Source: Mobula hypostoma
Lineage: Eukaryota
Length of the DNA stretch: 64,000 bases
NCBI RefSeq assembly: GCF_963921235.1
Contig: NC_086114.1
Coordinates: forward strand, 48,980,001-49,044,000
Reading direction: 5' to 3'
In this document: positions 1-13,155 of the stretch, piece by piece
Position numbering within the stretch: position 1 is the first letter of the stretch
Layout of the letters: the number at the start of each line of letters is the position of its first letter
Program-made: the position numbers and the translations under genes
The notes under the pieces: generated by a model
Told to the model about the DNA's origin: nothing
What the model saw: the letters and a program-made list of their open reading frames with translations, nothing else
Databases searched by the model: none

Positions 1-422
1 ATTTTTCAGGCCAGCTGGAACTCTGATTTATCTACCTAATGAGAAAGGCGTGACAAACAGATGTTGCCTCAGCTTCAAAATGAAAGTTCCTTTTTCATTC
101 TGGCTGCAACTTTGAAATTAAGCATTTGCACAAGTCTTGCAATCTTCTGCAGAGACTGCTGCAAACAGATATAACTTTGGCAGATTTATTAAGTCTAATT
201 TTCAAGCAGCTTCTGAAGCATCGACATTACTTATGGCCTGCTTGAAGAGCAGTTTAAGGCAGAATGGATGTCTACTGAGAATTTGGGACTTTCACCGAAA
301 TACAAATAAGAATCAATGTAGAGATGAAAATATGTCCTTGATTGCATGGACATAATCAAACCAGCAAATGATCCTAATAAAAAACTCATACTTTATAAAT
401 CTATGTGCTGCATGTTTTATTG

Positions 423-755
423 GGTGGCATGGTAGAATATCAGTTAGTGTAATGCTTTAGGGCACCAGCTAAAGGCTGGGTTTCAATTCCCACTACCGTC
501 TGTAAGGAGCTTGTTCATTCTCCCCGTGACTTCTTGGATTTCCTCTGAGTGCTCCATTTTCCTCACACATTACAAAAAGACGTATAGATTAGGGTTGGTA
601 AGTTGTGGGCGTACTAAGTTGGTGCCAGAAACATGGTGACACTTGTGAGCCTTCCCCAGTACATCTTGTGTGTTGGTCATTGATACAAACAATTCACTTC
701 ACAGTATTTTCCTATATACATGTGACAAATAACGCTAACCTTTCTTTAATCTTTA
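423..755 (+). mobile_element. tRNA-derived SINE (similar copies at about 2900-3240, 12340-12480, 17200-17420, 23190-23470, 35680-35900, 44236-44500, 44680-44800, 51600-51800)
   Basis: A/B-box-like head (ggtggcatggtag..., gggtttcaattccc) and a shared body ttctccccgtgac...gggtttcc. Confidence 0.6.
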
Positions 756-3700
756 AACACAGCTGCACATTTAAAGTTCAATGTCACCAGATTTCTCAAG
801 AGGTACAGAACTCGCCTCTCCCATTATAATATTAACACGAAAGACTTAAGATAAATCTTCATCCAATACCTTCATAAGGCGATCTGTCAGCTTTTCTCAC
901 CATTTACTTACATTATTTCTGATTTGCATCTTAACTCCATCACCCTCATTGGATCTGGAGCAATTTATCAATCATTGGCTTGAAACCAGTAGTGTTGTGG
1001 AGTTTTTGTTCCAGGTATTGGCCACGCGTCGGCTGAGCAGTGTCTGATGTCACTGCAGTACACATCAGTTCTAACGATAATATAAGACCATAAGTCAAGA
1101 AGTAGAATTAGACTGTTCACCCCATGGAATCTGCTCTGCCATTCCATCACAGCTGATTTATTATCCCTCTCAACCCCATTCTCCTGCCTTCTCCCCATAA
1201 GCTTTAATGCCCCTACTAATTAAGAAGATATCAACCTACATTTTAAATATACTCAAGGACTTGACCTCCATAGCTATCTGTAGCAATGAATTCCACAGAA
1301 AATAAATTTCTCCTCATCTTGAGACGGCCTCACCGTTTGGTAAGGTCACGGTTCTAAAGGGATGTCCCTGTATTCGGAGGCTGTATCCCCTGGTCCTAGG
1401 CTCTCCCACTGTAGGAAACACCCCCTATACCTTCACACCATCTGGGCCTTTCAATAGTATTCTTCTCCCATGCTTGTGCAACAGGATGGTAACATGGGCC
1501 AAATCATCTTCACATGGTTCACACTGCTATACATCATAAGGCCAGAAGTAAAGATGCTCCCTGATGATCGTCCAACATTCAGTTCCATTTGGAACACCTC
1601 AGAAAATGAAGCAAAAGATCCCTGCAAGACTTGGACAACATTCAGATGTGACAAATGATCTGCTGGAGGAGCTCAGTGGACAGCACAGTATCTGTGAGGG
1701 AAAAGGAAATTCTGATGCTTTGGGTCAAAACCCTGCACCGATTCCTTCCAATCTCCCACCCCACACAATATTGGCATTGTAATAGTGTTGGTCTATCACT
1801 TGAGCGTCATTAGGCAGCACAGGCTCGCTAGACCAGGAGGACTTGTTGCCATGCTGTATCTCTATATAAAATGAAAAAAAACTGGAGCAGTTCAAAGGGT
1901 GGGTATGTAGCAGTCAAAAGCCCATCTACACAGGATGTATTGCTGAAGCTTCGTAAGGCATTGGTAGATTGAATTTGCAATATTGTGAGCAATTTTGGGC
2001 CCTACACGGTACCTAGGGAAAGATGCCCCATGAAAGGGAAAAAATTTGCCCCAGGAAAAAATTGACCCTTTAAAACTAAGGCGAGGAGGAATTCATGCAG
2101 CCAAAGGTGTGTGTGAAATTCATTGCCATGAACGTTGTCAGGGGCAAGTCATAGGAAATATTTGAGGCAAAATTTTTTTCAACAGGTTAAGAGTTACTAT
2201 CGTAAGGAAGGAAAGCGGGTTTGATTGATTGCATGACTGGATGCAGAGCAGAGTTAATTGGCCATATAGTTTAATTCTGATCCTATATTGAATGATCTTA
2301 CAGTCTACAGCATCTGGGAATGATCTCCGGTTGCGTGGATGACTGTGGCTACAACAACGCTCATGTCTCCAAGTTTTTTTAAGGCAAGATTCTACTGGAT
2401 GTATTTGTCCTACTGTGAATGTCTGCAAGAAAATGTATCTCAGTATAGTATATGGTTACATGCTGTACACATACTTTGATAATAAACTTACTTTGAACTA
2501 TTTCATACTTTGAACTTTGAAGGCAGGTTGTTTCTCTGACAACCCACTCACCAACACAAATATTCTTTCCCTTCAGTTCTAGTGCACAATTGACACTAGA
2601 GATTCTGCAGATGCTGGATATTTGGTCAGGCAACATTTACGGAGGGAAATAAACAGCTGACGGTTTGGGCTGAGACCTTGCTGAAGGATCTCAGGACATC
2701 AACAGTTTATTTCCATCCATGGATGCTGCCTGACACGTTGCGTTCTTCCAGCATTTCGAGTGCAATGCACTAATGTGTCCCATCTTCCAAATGGTCACCC
2801 AGGGTACTCATAGCACCTCCCCAACCTGCAACGTTGCCACTGAGAAGGACAAGGGCAGCTGCCATATGAATCTACCAGTTGTATGTTCACCACTAAGGCA
2901 CACACCATCCTGACTTAAAGATCAGTTTTAGTTATCACGTGTACATTGAAACATACAGCGAAACGCATTGTTTAATGCCAACAGCGAGGTCTGAGGATGG
3001 CGCTGGGCAGCCCACAAGTACCGCCACTCTTGTGACGCCAACACAGCAGCCCAAAACTAACTGTACTAACTGCATGTCTTTGGAATGGGGGAGGAAACCA
3101 GAACACCCGAAGGAAACCCAAGCGGTTACGGGGAGAATGTTCAAACTCCTTACAAAAAGGCAGCGGGAATTGAGCCCCAACTGATGATCGATGGCACTGT
3201 TAAGGAATTGTTCTAACCACGACGCTACCATTGCAATAATGCATCACCATTTTGCAGACACTCATCAAGGTTACTCCAACAGCCCCTCCTCATCCCACAA
3301 CCTCTACAATGAGGACGAGGGCAGCAGGTGCTTGTGAACAGCACCATCTCCCCTCTAAGTTAAACACCATCCTGATGTGGAAGCTGTTCCTTCATCATGA
3401 CTGGGTCTGGATCTTGGAACTCTCTCCAACTGCACTGGAGGAGCACCTTCGCCACAGATGGTCTACAGCAGTTCAAGGGGGCAGCTCACCATTTCCTTCT
3501 TGAGGGCAAATTAACGATGGGCAATCAATAAATGCTGGCCCTTGCCAGAGTCGGCCAATTGAATGAGACAAAATGTTTCATCCATTTCAAAAGCAGACTA
3601 TAAGCAAGTTTTCATTGTGATATGAAATGCATCAATAATCCTGAAGGATCAAAAATAACAATCCCACATACCCAGGCAAAAACGGCTTATTAACAGCATA

Positions 3701-5084
3701 AAAAGCAGTTGTGTACCCACAGACCAGCTCCCTGCAATTCCTATCCATTAATTTGTCTTGTGTAACCGCTGTGCTATACCTAACATTAAAATATCAGCTA
3801 TAGTCCCTCATTATAAATTATATAATAAAACTTCTAAATAAAAATTACCTCAAATTTATTTTACTCCATGTCATGCCAAAACCATCAAAGTCACTGCAGA
3901 AAGCTGCTCTTTGAAGATTGCATACTGATCACTGTGTTTTCAAAGCAAGACAAAGTCTTAAAAGACCAATGTGTGGTGTGTGTTAAAATGGCACGAAGGG
4001 CCAATATCTGGAAACCATAATCTCTGCAAAATCTCTTTAGGTGAAGAGTCATTAACTGTCACACTGTTGGAATAAGGCACTGTATCACTCAAATTGCCTT
4101 CTCTAAAATTAGCAGCACGTCCAATACCTAGAACCCATGGAAAATTTACAACGGAGGCATTAACAGAGATTGATGAATTGTGTGAACAGTCAAAAATGCA
4201 ACACGTAAGGGCAAATGAATGTGTTGACAAAGTACCTGTTTTTCAGTGATATGGAAACGTTTGCCACAGCGATTACACCTTCTCATAAGGAAAAATAGAT
4301 GACTGTAAATGAAAACTACATTTGATACAATTACACTGTACCAACTTAATCACAACAATTGACTATTAATAGGTAAGATAGTCCAGGAAATATTAAAGGG
4401 TTCTGATAGATCAGGAGATGTAACAGATAATACAGTCGGTGTACAGCCGAACCCATTCTCTGCTCTTGAGTTGCTGATGGATTGAGTTATGTTGGTTACA
4501 GCCATCACTTCCATGAGGAAGTACTGACGATGAGTCTTGACCCAAAACGTTGACAGTTATTACTCTTTTGCATAGATCAATAGATGCTGCTTGGCCTGCT
4601 GGGTTCCTCCAGCATTGAGTGAGTGTCGCTTGGATTTCCGGCACCCGTGGATTTTCTTGTCTTCGTGCTGCTTCCATAAGGAATTGCCAATGTACCATAG
4701 CTACCTGGCAGATAATTCACAGATTTACATGCCCTCAGGTTGAGGGGTTACCAAGGGTGGATGAGAACACAGCGTTCAGCTCGCAGAACAATCAACCGTG
4801 ACCTTACCAAACGGTGAGGCCGTCTCAAGGACAGCTTCTGACATGATACCCGCAAGCCCAGGGCATGCTGTGTGACAGATGCCAGTTCTCGGTTTCATTG
4901 TTCGCCTCCGCATGCAGTCCAACAGCAGAGAATGGCTTTTGCTTTATAATTTCAAAAATAATCTTCATTCATAAGTATACACACAACATGCAAAACTATG
5001 AATGGTTTTCTTTGCATTCAGGGCGTCATCCAGTCTGTACACTCATAGACAAAAGAAAATCTGCAGATGCTCGAAAACCAGGCA

Positions 5085-6140
5085 ATACACACTAAATGCT
5101 GGAGGAACTCAACAGGCCAGACAGCACCTATGGAAAAGAGTACAGTCGACATTTCGGGCTGAAACCCTTCAGCGGGACTGGAGAAAAAAAGCTGAGGAAT
5201 AGATTTAACGGGGGGGGGAGAGGTGAGAAAAACACAAGGTGATAAGTGAAACTGGGAGGGGCAGGGATGAAGTAAACAGCTGGGAAATTGATTGGTGAAA
5301 GAGATACAGGGCTGGAGAAGGCGGAGTCTGATAGATGAGGACAGATAGATGAAGAAAGAGAAGAAAGGAGGAGCACCAGGGGCAAGTGATGGGTGGGCAA
5401 GGAGGTACAATGAGAAAGGGAAAAGGGAATGGAGAATGGTGAAGGCGGGGTGGGCATTACTGGAAGTTCAAAAAATCAGTGTTCATGCCTTCAGGCTGGA
5501 GGCTCCCAAATGGAATATAAGGTGTTGTTCCTCCAACCTGAGTGTGGCCTCATCACAACAGTGGAGGAGATCATGGATAGACAAATTGGAATCAGAATGG
5601 GAAGTGAAAACAAAACGGATGGCCACTGGGAGATCCCACTTTTTCTGGCAGATGGAGCATAGGTGCTCAGCAAAACAGTCTCACAGTCTACGTTGGGTCT
5701 CACTGCTATACAGGAGGCCACGCTGGGAGCACCAGACACAGTATATGACCCCAACAGACTCAAAGGTAAAGTATCACCTCCCCCCTCACCATTCCCCAAC
5801 TGCTTTTCCCTCTCTCACCTCATCTCCTTGCCCACCCATCGCGTCCCCCTGGTGCTCCTCCCGCCTTTTCTTTCTTCCAAGGCCTTCAGTCCTCGTCTAT
5901 CAGACTTCCCCTACTCCAGCTCTGTATCTCTTTCACCAATCAACTTCCCAGCTATTTACTTCATCCCTCCCACTTCAGGTTTCACCTACCACCTTGTGTT
6001 TCTCTCTCCCTTCCCTCCACCTTTAAAATCTACACCTCAGCTTTTCCTTTCCAGTCCTGCTGAAGGGTTTTGGCCTGAAACATCGACTGTACTCTTTTCC
6101 ATAGATGCTGCCTGGCCTGTTGAGTTCCTCCAGCATTTGT
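5085..6140 (-). mobile_element. Truncated Penelope-like element with GIY-YIG C-terminal remnant and inverted pseudo-LTR
   Basis: The minus-strand 5085-5780 copy carries a decayed GIY-YIG C-terminal region and tail. 5780-6140 is an inverted copy of the same tail. Both arms carry decayed hammerhead motifs (~5147-5176, ~6056-6086). Confidence 0.75.
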
Positions 6141-6269
6141 GCTTGTACACTCATACTTTTGTCAAGTCCACTCATTTGTGCTGGTAATGAGTTACATTCA
6201 AAGCAGCAATGGACTCATGTGGCATAAGAGACTTTGCAGATGTTAGAAATATGAAGCAACATACACAAA

Positions 6270-8090
6270 GATCAGAAGAGCTTAAGACATGGGAGCAAAA
6301 TTAGGCCATTGAGTCTGCTCCGCCATTCAATCATGGCTGATCCTCTTTATTTTTAACCTCCTCCTCAATCCCAGTACCCAGCCTTCTCCCCAAAACCTTT
6401 GATGCCATGTCCAATCAAGAACCTATCAATCTCTGCCTTAAATACACCCAACGACCTGGCATCCACAGCTGAATGTGGTAACAAATTCCACAAATTCACC
6501 ACCCCTTGGCTCAAGGTATTTCTCCGCATCTCTGCTTTGAAAGGGTGACCCTCTATCCTGAGGGTGTGCTCTCTTCTCCTAGATTCTCACACCATGTCAA
6601 ACATCCTTTCCACATCTACTCTGTCTAGACCTTTCAACATTCGAAAGGTTTCAATGATATCCCCCCTCATCCTTCTGAATTCCAGCAAGTACAAACCCAG
6701 ATACCTGCCCCTCCACCAATCTTCAAACATTCCTCGTATGATTACCCTTTAATTCCTGGAATCATCCTTGTGAACCTCCTCTGGAACCTCTCCAATGCCA
6801 ACACATCTTTTCTAAGACGAGGAGCCCAAAACTGTTCACAATACTCAAGGTAAGGCCTCACCAGCGCCTTATAAAGCCTCAGCATCACATCCTTGCTCTT
6901 GTATTCTAGACTTCTTGAAATGAATGCTAACATGGCATTTCCCTTCCTCACCACCGACTCAACCTGCAAGGTAACCTTCATGGTGTTCTGCACAAGGACT
7001 CTCAAGTTCCTCTGCATCTCAGATTCCTGGATTTTTCTCCCCATTTAGAAAATAGTCCTCACATTTATTTCTACTACCAAAGTGCATGACCATGCATTCT
7101 TCAACATTGTATTTTATTTGCCACTTTCTCACCCATTCTCTTCTTCTGTCTAAGTCCTTCTGCATCCTACCTGATTCCTCAACACTACCTGCCCCTCCAC
7201 CAATCTTCGCATCATCTGCAAGCTTGGCAACAAAGCCACCCATTCCATCATCTAAATCATTTATATACACCATAAAAAGAAGTGGTCTGAACACCGACCA
7301 CTACGGAACACCACTAGTCACTGACAGCCAACCAAAAAAGGATCCTTTTTTCACACTCACTGCTTCCTACCAATCAGCCAATGCTCTAACCATGTTAGTA
7401 ACTTTCCTGTAATACCATGGGCTCTTAATTTGTAAGCAACTTCATGTGAGGCACCTTGTCGAAGGCCTTCTGAAAGTCCAAATATTCAACATCCACTGCA
7501 ACCACTTTATCTATCCTACTTGCAATCTCCTCAAAGAATTCCAACAGGGTCATCAGGCAGGATTTTCCCTGAAGGAAACCATGCTAACTTTGTACTATCT
7601 TGTCCTGTGGCACCATGTACTCTATCACCTCATCCTTAACAATTCACTCTTACATCTTCCCAACCACTGAGGTCAGGCTAACTGGTCTATAATTTCCTTT
7701 CTGCTGCCTTCCTCCTTTCATAAAGATTGGAGTAAAATTTTCAATTTTCCATTCCTCTGATACCATGCCAAGGTCTAATGATTTTTGAAAGATCATTTCT
7801 AATGCCACCACAATCTCTAACGCTACCTCTTTCAGAACCCTAGGGTGCAGTTCCTCTGGTCCAGGTGACTTACGTACCTTTAGGTCTTTCAGCTTTTTGA
7901 GCACCTTCTCTCTTGTAACAGTAACTGCACCCACTTCTCTTCCTTCACACACTATAACATCAGGCATACTGCTAGTGTCTTCCACAGTGAAGACCGATGC
8001 AAAATACTCATTTAGTTCATCGGCCATCTCCTTGTCGCCTTGCCGTGTTTTCTAGTGGTCCTATATCCACTCTCATTTCTCTCAATAAGT
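6270..8090 (-). mobile_element. CR1 LINE 3' portion
   Basis: KSPGPEELHPRVLKE, GNYRPVSLTSVVGK, AKLADDAK, LYKALVRPYLEY motifs with frameshifts; typical CR1 3' tail. Confidence 0.85.
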
Positions 8091-8229
8091 GACGTGGCAC
8101 ATAATGATGATGATACTCAATGCTACTGATGTGGACGCTTTGGACATGACACTCCTCAAATGTTTCTTGTGATGTTGCACAGGATGCTAGCCCTCAGTGT
8201 CCTGTGGTAGTAGGTCATTAGACTACAGT

Positions 8230-8780
8230 GTTTCCTCACAAACTTTTTTGAAGATGTGACTAAACACATTGATGAAGGTAGAGCAGTAGATGTAGTGTAT
8301 ATGGATTTCAGCAAGGCATTTGATAAGGTACCCCAAGCAAGCCTTGTTGAGAAAGTAAGAAGGTGTGGGATCCGAGAGGACATTGCTTGTGTATCCAGAA
8401 CTGGCTTACGCACAGTGGTTGTAGACAGGTCATATTCTGCATGGAGGTCGGTGACCAGTGATGTGCCTCAGAGATCTGTTCTGGGGCCCCTACTCTTCGT
8501 GATTTTTATAAGTGACTTGGATGAGGAAGTGGAGGGATGGGTTAGTAAATTTGCTGATGACACAAAGGTTGGAGGTGTGTGGATAGTGTGGAGGGCTGTC
8601 AGAGGTTACAACGGGACATTGATAGGATGCAAAACTGGGCTGAGAAGTGACAGATGGAGATAAGTGTGAGTTGGTACATTTTGGTAAGTCAAATATGATG
8701 GCAGAATATAGTATTAATGGTAAGACTCTTGGCAGTGTGGAGGATCAGAGGGATCTGGGAGTCTGAGTCCATAGGACACT
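8230..8780 (+). mobile_element. CR1 LINE RT fragment
   Basis: [16 protein letters not shown]...[12 protein letters not shown]...KFADDTK. Confidence 0.85.
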
Positions 8781-9229
8781 CAAAAGGCAGTTTGTGTTGG
8801 GAGTGAAACCTCCAACTGTACAGTAAAGATCCGACAGAGAGGGTCCCTCTCACAGACAGCCAAATAAGGTCTTTGTGCTTGTTGCTAAGTTCAGACAATG
8901 AGCTATTCTACCACGTAGTTTGGACAGCTGTTCAATGAACCATCCCACAGTATCAACAATGTACTGTAGTTCTCCTGCAAAACATTCTGTAATGGACTTG
9001 CGATCAAAGTTAAACACACAAAATGCTGGAGGATCTCAGCAGATGAGGCAACATCCATGGAAATGAACAAACAATCCACATTTTGTATTAAAACCATTAT
9101 TCAGGACTGAAATTTGCTTTCACACATTCGTTCATTTCCATGGCTGCTCTGTAACCTGCTGAGTTTTTCCAGCATTTTGTCTGTTTTGCTTTAAATTTCC
9201 AGGATCTGCAGAATTACTTGTGCTTGCCA

Positions 9230-10690
9230 TTAAAGTTGTTTTCCAGCAGGAACTCATCCACGAAGAATGGGCAGCAACAAGGCAAGGACCGTCCTTCACA
9301 ACACCAGGGACAAGCAGAGCCTCAGCATGTGGTAACGCCTGTTACCCACATATGAGACAGAAAGCTTGATGTGGCTTCACACAAAAGTGGCTGTCAGGAT
9401 GGGGGTGATGTTCGGAAATCTTCTTGCCTGACGCAACGCCTGATGAAATGGAAAATGGCTGGGGTTGAGTGCCTCATTGCAGGAGTGGGGTATGCCTATG
9501 TCATGGACTACAACATCCAGAGCTGCTCAAATGCAATGATACGGCTCTTGCCATCAAGGAATACCATTCCCACATTCCCAATTTTTGTTGGACTTTACCC
9601 ACTGGCTCCTGCCAATTCTTGTCATGCAATCTAGCATTTCCAAACCTAATCCCCAGCACTTTCAGGTGGACAGACAGTGGGAAAGGGAATAGTGGGTCAG
9701 TCAGTCTATTTGCCAGAGAAGATGGCCTCTCTGTCCCTGCGGTTGGCTCTGGCCCTCAACTCAAACTAATCCACCTGCAAACCAACTGCGAATGCAAGCA
9801 GAAGGCAGTGACGTCTTTCTTGTACAGGGAGCCTGTGATCCGAGTGTCCCCACTGCCTGACATCATGACCCCCTTCTACACTCCTATCCCTTCCTGACAG
9901 ATTCTGAAAAGGTTTCTATGCTCCACACAAAGTCAGGGAGAGGGGAAACCCTGTCTGTCTCTGGAGTTGATGGAGAAAGTATCTGTTCACCACTGTTGAT
10001 TAGGTGTAGAGCAGATGGATTCATTTCCTGAGTTACATCCCAAGTTCAGTTTAGAGAGGTCATGAATCATGTTCCTGTGAAAGGCTTTCTCATGCTCCAA
10101 GCTGACCAGGCAAGTACCACCCCATACCTCCCCAGCCATGGACATAGGTGACAGCATCTCTGAGCAGGACAAGGATGTCAGAGATTCTTCCTCTGAGTTC
10201 CAAAGCAGACATGATCAGCAGTGATCTTGGGTAGAATCTTCTAATCCAGAGTCAATAGTGAGGTGGCCCCTCAGTTCTTAAATCCTGCCCTCGTCCCCTT
10301 CAGTTGTAGATGTTGCCCTTCCTCATGAATTCTGACATATGGCCAACTAGGAGCATGGCATTATTCACTTCCAGAAAGTCCCAGCTCATCCAGTCCCCCA
10401 TGAGCTGAATACAGCTCAGCTGGTAAATCGTAACTTCAGGGAGTAATATTGATCTCAGTGAAGCCTATTAGCTTTGCCACAGTCCATGGCTGGTCCAGAC
10501 ATTCCCACTGGACAGAGGACAGAATTTCTGGGAGGTTGTGCTGTCTGCAGCCTCACAGTCACACAGGTTGGCACAGATCTAGAATCGCTGGTGTTCTCCA
10601 GTGCTATGATAGGGAATCCCGTGCTCAGTCCTATACCAGTCAGTCACAGGATCAGAACCCTCATACAGTTCAATGGGAATTGACAACTAG
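9230..10690 (-). mobile_element. Old Tx1-like (L1 clade) LINE RT remnant
   Basis: Hand translation across frameshifts gives ISDILVLLRDAVTYV...CLVSLEHEKAFHR...FPLS..FVWSIETFSES...ITGSLYKKDV..VLGIRFG, which matches decayed SLDQEKAFD / LYMDDV motifs. Confidence 0.65.
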
Positions 10691-10699
10691 GAAGAGAAA

Positions 10700-11050
10700 C
10701 ATAATCACTCCTTATCCTGGTTACCTCTTCCCCTCACCTACCCATCACTTCCCTCTGGTGCCCCTCCTCCTTCCCTTTCTTCCATGGTCCACTCTCCTCT
10801 TCTATAGATTCTTTCTTCTTCAGCCTTTTACCTTTTCCATCTATCATCTCCCAACTTCTTATGTCATCTCACCTGCCCCACCCACTCACCTTTCCCGTCA
10901 CCTGGTCTCCCCTCTCAACTGCTAGCTTGTACTCTTCCCCCTTTCCCAACTACATGTTCTGGCTTCTGCCTTCTTCTTTTCCAGACCAGATGAAGGGTTT
11001 CGGCCCGAAATATCGACTGTTTATTCCCCTCCGTAGATGCTGCCTGACTC
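10700..11050 (+). mobile_element. Penelope-like pseudo-LTR/tail fragment
   Basis: Pyrimidine-rich body ending ccagaccagatgaagggtttcggcccgaaatatcgactg...gatgctgcctga. Confidence 0.7.
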
Positions 11051-11310
11051 GTTGTTCTGATGGGCTGGCTATTGCACTGGCCGCTACCGTCTGCTGGGTC
11101 TCGGCCAACCGGATAGCTAAGTGATCTCCACTGGCCCATATCCCTGGTTATTGGTCGTTATGAGTGTTGGTTTCTCGAATAACGAGTCGGACCAATATAA
11201 ATGCGAGCACTCGGCAGAAACAACACTTAATTGGACTGTGAGGATGCCACCTCGATTGATGACGAAATGTTTGCAACCTAACCTCCAGGCTTGGTGAAGA
11301 ACCCTACAAA
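11050..11310 (+). mobile_element. Second Penelope-like family tail with decayed hammerhead (11231-11276)
   Basis: ttgga-CTG(tg)AGGA-tgccacc..gatgac-GAAAt-GTT-tgcaa; different flanks and stem II from the dominant family. Confidence 0.5.
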
Positions 11311-11602
11311 CAGGTTAATATTGTTAGCGGGAGCCGTTGCAGGTGAGCAAATCTGGTCAAAGGATGCCTATACTCATGGAAGACTGTATACTGTATTTCT
11401 CTGTACATCACTGTTCACACTTGAAGTGAGTAGATCCTCACAGGAAATGTTTCTTTTTGATGCTGTGGCATTGATTTCCTTAAGTGAGTCATCACTCAGC
11501 AGGAGATAAGAGAGAGGGAGCAGCAAGTTGATGGAATTCTAACAGGGATTCATTCATTGGTGTGTTCTGTTCAGTGCAGATGGACCTGCCCAGCACGTAA
11601 GA

Positions 11603-11634
11603 GGGGATTTCCTGCATCGCTGGGGATTTCCTGC
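11603..11634 (+). promoter_or_regulatory. Pair of NF-kB consensus sites
   Basis: GGGGATTTCC at 11603-11612 and 11622-11631, both followed by TGC, in non-repetitive sequence. Confidence 0.35.
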
Positions 11635-12639
11635 TGGTTATCAGTATGCTATGGTGGTGCTAAGCATTGCTCTGTGGAAAGGGTGACTTAGATGGACAAT
11701 GTTGGTTTGAAGCATCTAATTAATGCTGCCTCCCTAATAGAGAATCTCTAGTATCCCATGGCAACACTGTCTTGCAAATTTTTACAGATATTTGGCAGAC
11801 AGCATACTGCCTGATTACATCACTGAGTGGTTTGTAGACAATTCCATCACAGTCACACCCCTCTCCACCACCAAAGAGAGCATGCCTCAAGAAGGCAGCA
11901 TCCATCATAAAGGACCTTCACCATCCGGGACATCTCTTCTCATTACTACTGTCAGGAAGGAGGTACAGGAGCCTGAAGACCCACACTCAATGACACAGGA
12001 GGTCTTTCTTCCCCTTCCCCACCAGATTTCTGAATGGTCCATGAACCTATGAACACAACCTAAGTATTCCTTTCACTCCGCACTATTTTATTTATTTTGC
12101 AATTTATAATAATCTTATGTGTTTGCACTGTACTGCTGCTGAAAAATAATTTCATGTCATTTAAGACAGAGATCATAAACTCGATTCTGATTGTTCCACC
12201 TCCCCTCAGCTTAGAGTCCTGAGCTGAGCTTTCTCCCTGGCAAACTTCTCTCCCTCCTGCTCCTCTCCAGGCTCCACATCCTGGCTCTCAGACTCCATCC
12301 TTTCCTTCTCCACTTCAGCACTGACTACTCATTGAATGGTGCAGCTACAGACCCCACACTGCAGTCTCCAGTTCTGCTTGATGTGTGCACTTGGACTGAC
12401 TTCGGAATATGGGAGGAAACTGCAGACACCAAAGGAAACTCACACTGTCACCAGGAGAACATAGAAACTCCTTGCAGACAGTGATAGAATTCAACACAGG
12501 AAAAATATAAAGAAAACTAGGGATCACAGTGATCTCAGAGAAAGTAACTGATACCATAACAACTTTTTGAGGAGCAACACCTCATATTCCTTCTAGGTAG
12601 CCTCCAACCTGATAACATGAAAATTGGTTTTTCCTTATT

Positions 12640-13020
12640 ATTATTTTCACTCCCGCTTCTCTACTCCTCCATTCCCCACTCTGGCTCTGTTACCTCATCT
12701 CCTTACCTGCCTAACACCTTCCCCTGGTGCCTTTCCTTCTTCCCTTTCTCCTGTGCTCCAATCTCCTCTCCTACCAGATTCATTCTTTTCCAGCCTTTCT
12801 CACCCACCTGGCTTCACTTGTCAGCTTCTAGCTAGTCCTCCTTCCTCTCCACCCACCTTTTTATTCTGACATCTTCTATTCGTTTCAGACCTAAAGAAGG
12901 GTCTCGGCCCAAAACATCGACTGTTCATTCATTTCCATAGACGCTGCCAGAACTGCTGAGTCCCTCCAGCATTTTGTGTGTGTTCCATTGGATTTTCTGC
13001 ATCTGCAGAAACTCTCATGT
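12640..13020 (+). mobile_element. Penelope-like tail fragment
   Basis: Same family as 10700-11050; decayed hammerhead near 12890-12920. Confidence 0.65.
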
Positions 13021-13101
13021 TTACAAAAAAATTTCTTGTTAATATTGTAGAGAAAGCAACGATATAAAAATGCTCTTCATTCCTAGCAGCACATAGCTCA
13101 C

Positions 13102-13155
13102 ACAATTCTTTTTCTGAATATGAGTCATCATTTTTCTCTGATATTTTCTCTTCAT
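13102..13155 (-). CDS. Candidate small acidic exon (xEEKISEKNDDSYSEKEL, phase 1-1), gene unassigned
   Basis: Acceptor tgtttgtatctctggcttcag|AT GAA GAG; donor TTG T|gtgagc; 54 nt symmetric exon in unique sequence. Confidence 0.35.

Noticed and set aside
4113-4204. Plus-strand exon candidate (ARPIPRTHGKFTTEALTEIDELCEQSKMQH|gtaagg)
   Set aside because: Weak polypyrimidine tract, no partner exons, no recognisable protein.
4093-4302. Minus-strand exon pair (HLFFLMRRCNRCGKRFHITEKQ|RRQFE*) around a 127-nt intron
   Set aside because: Splice sites are plausible but I cannot link them to any upstream exon or known protein.
5349-6026. 225-aa plus-strand ORF
   Set aside because: Antisense of the PLE endonuclease end fused to the inverted tail; not a gene.
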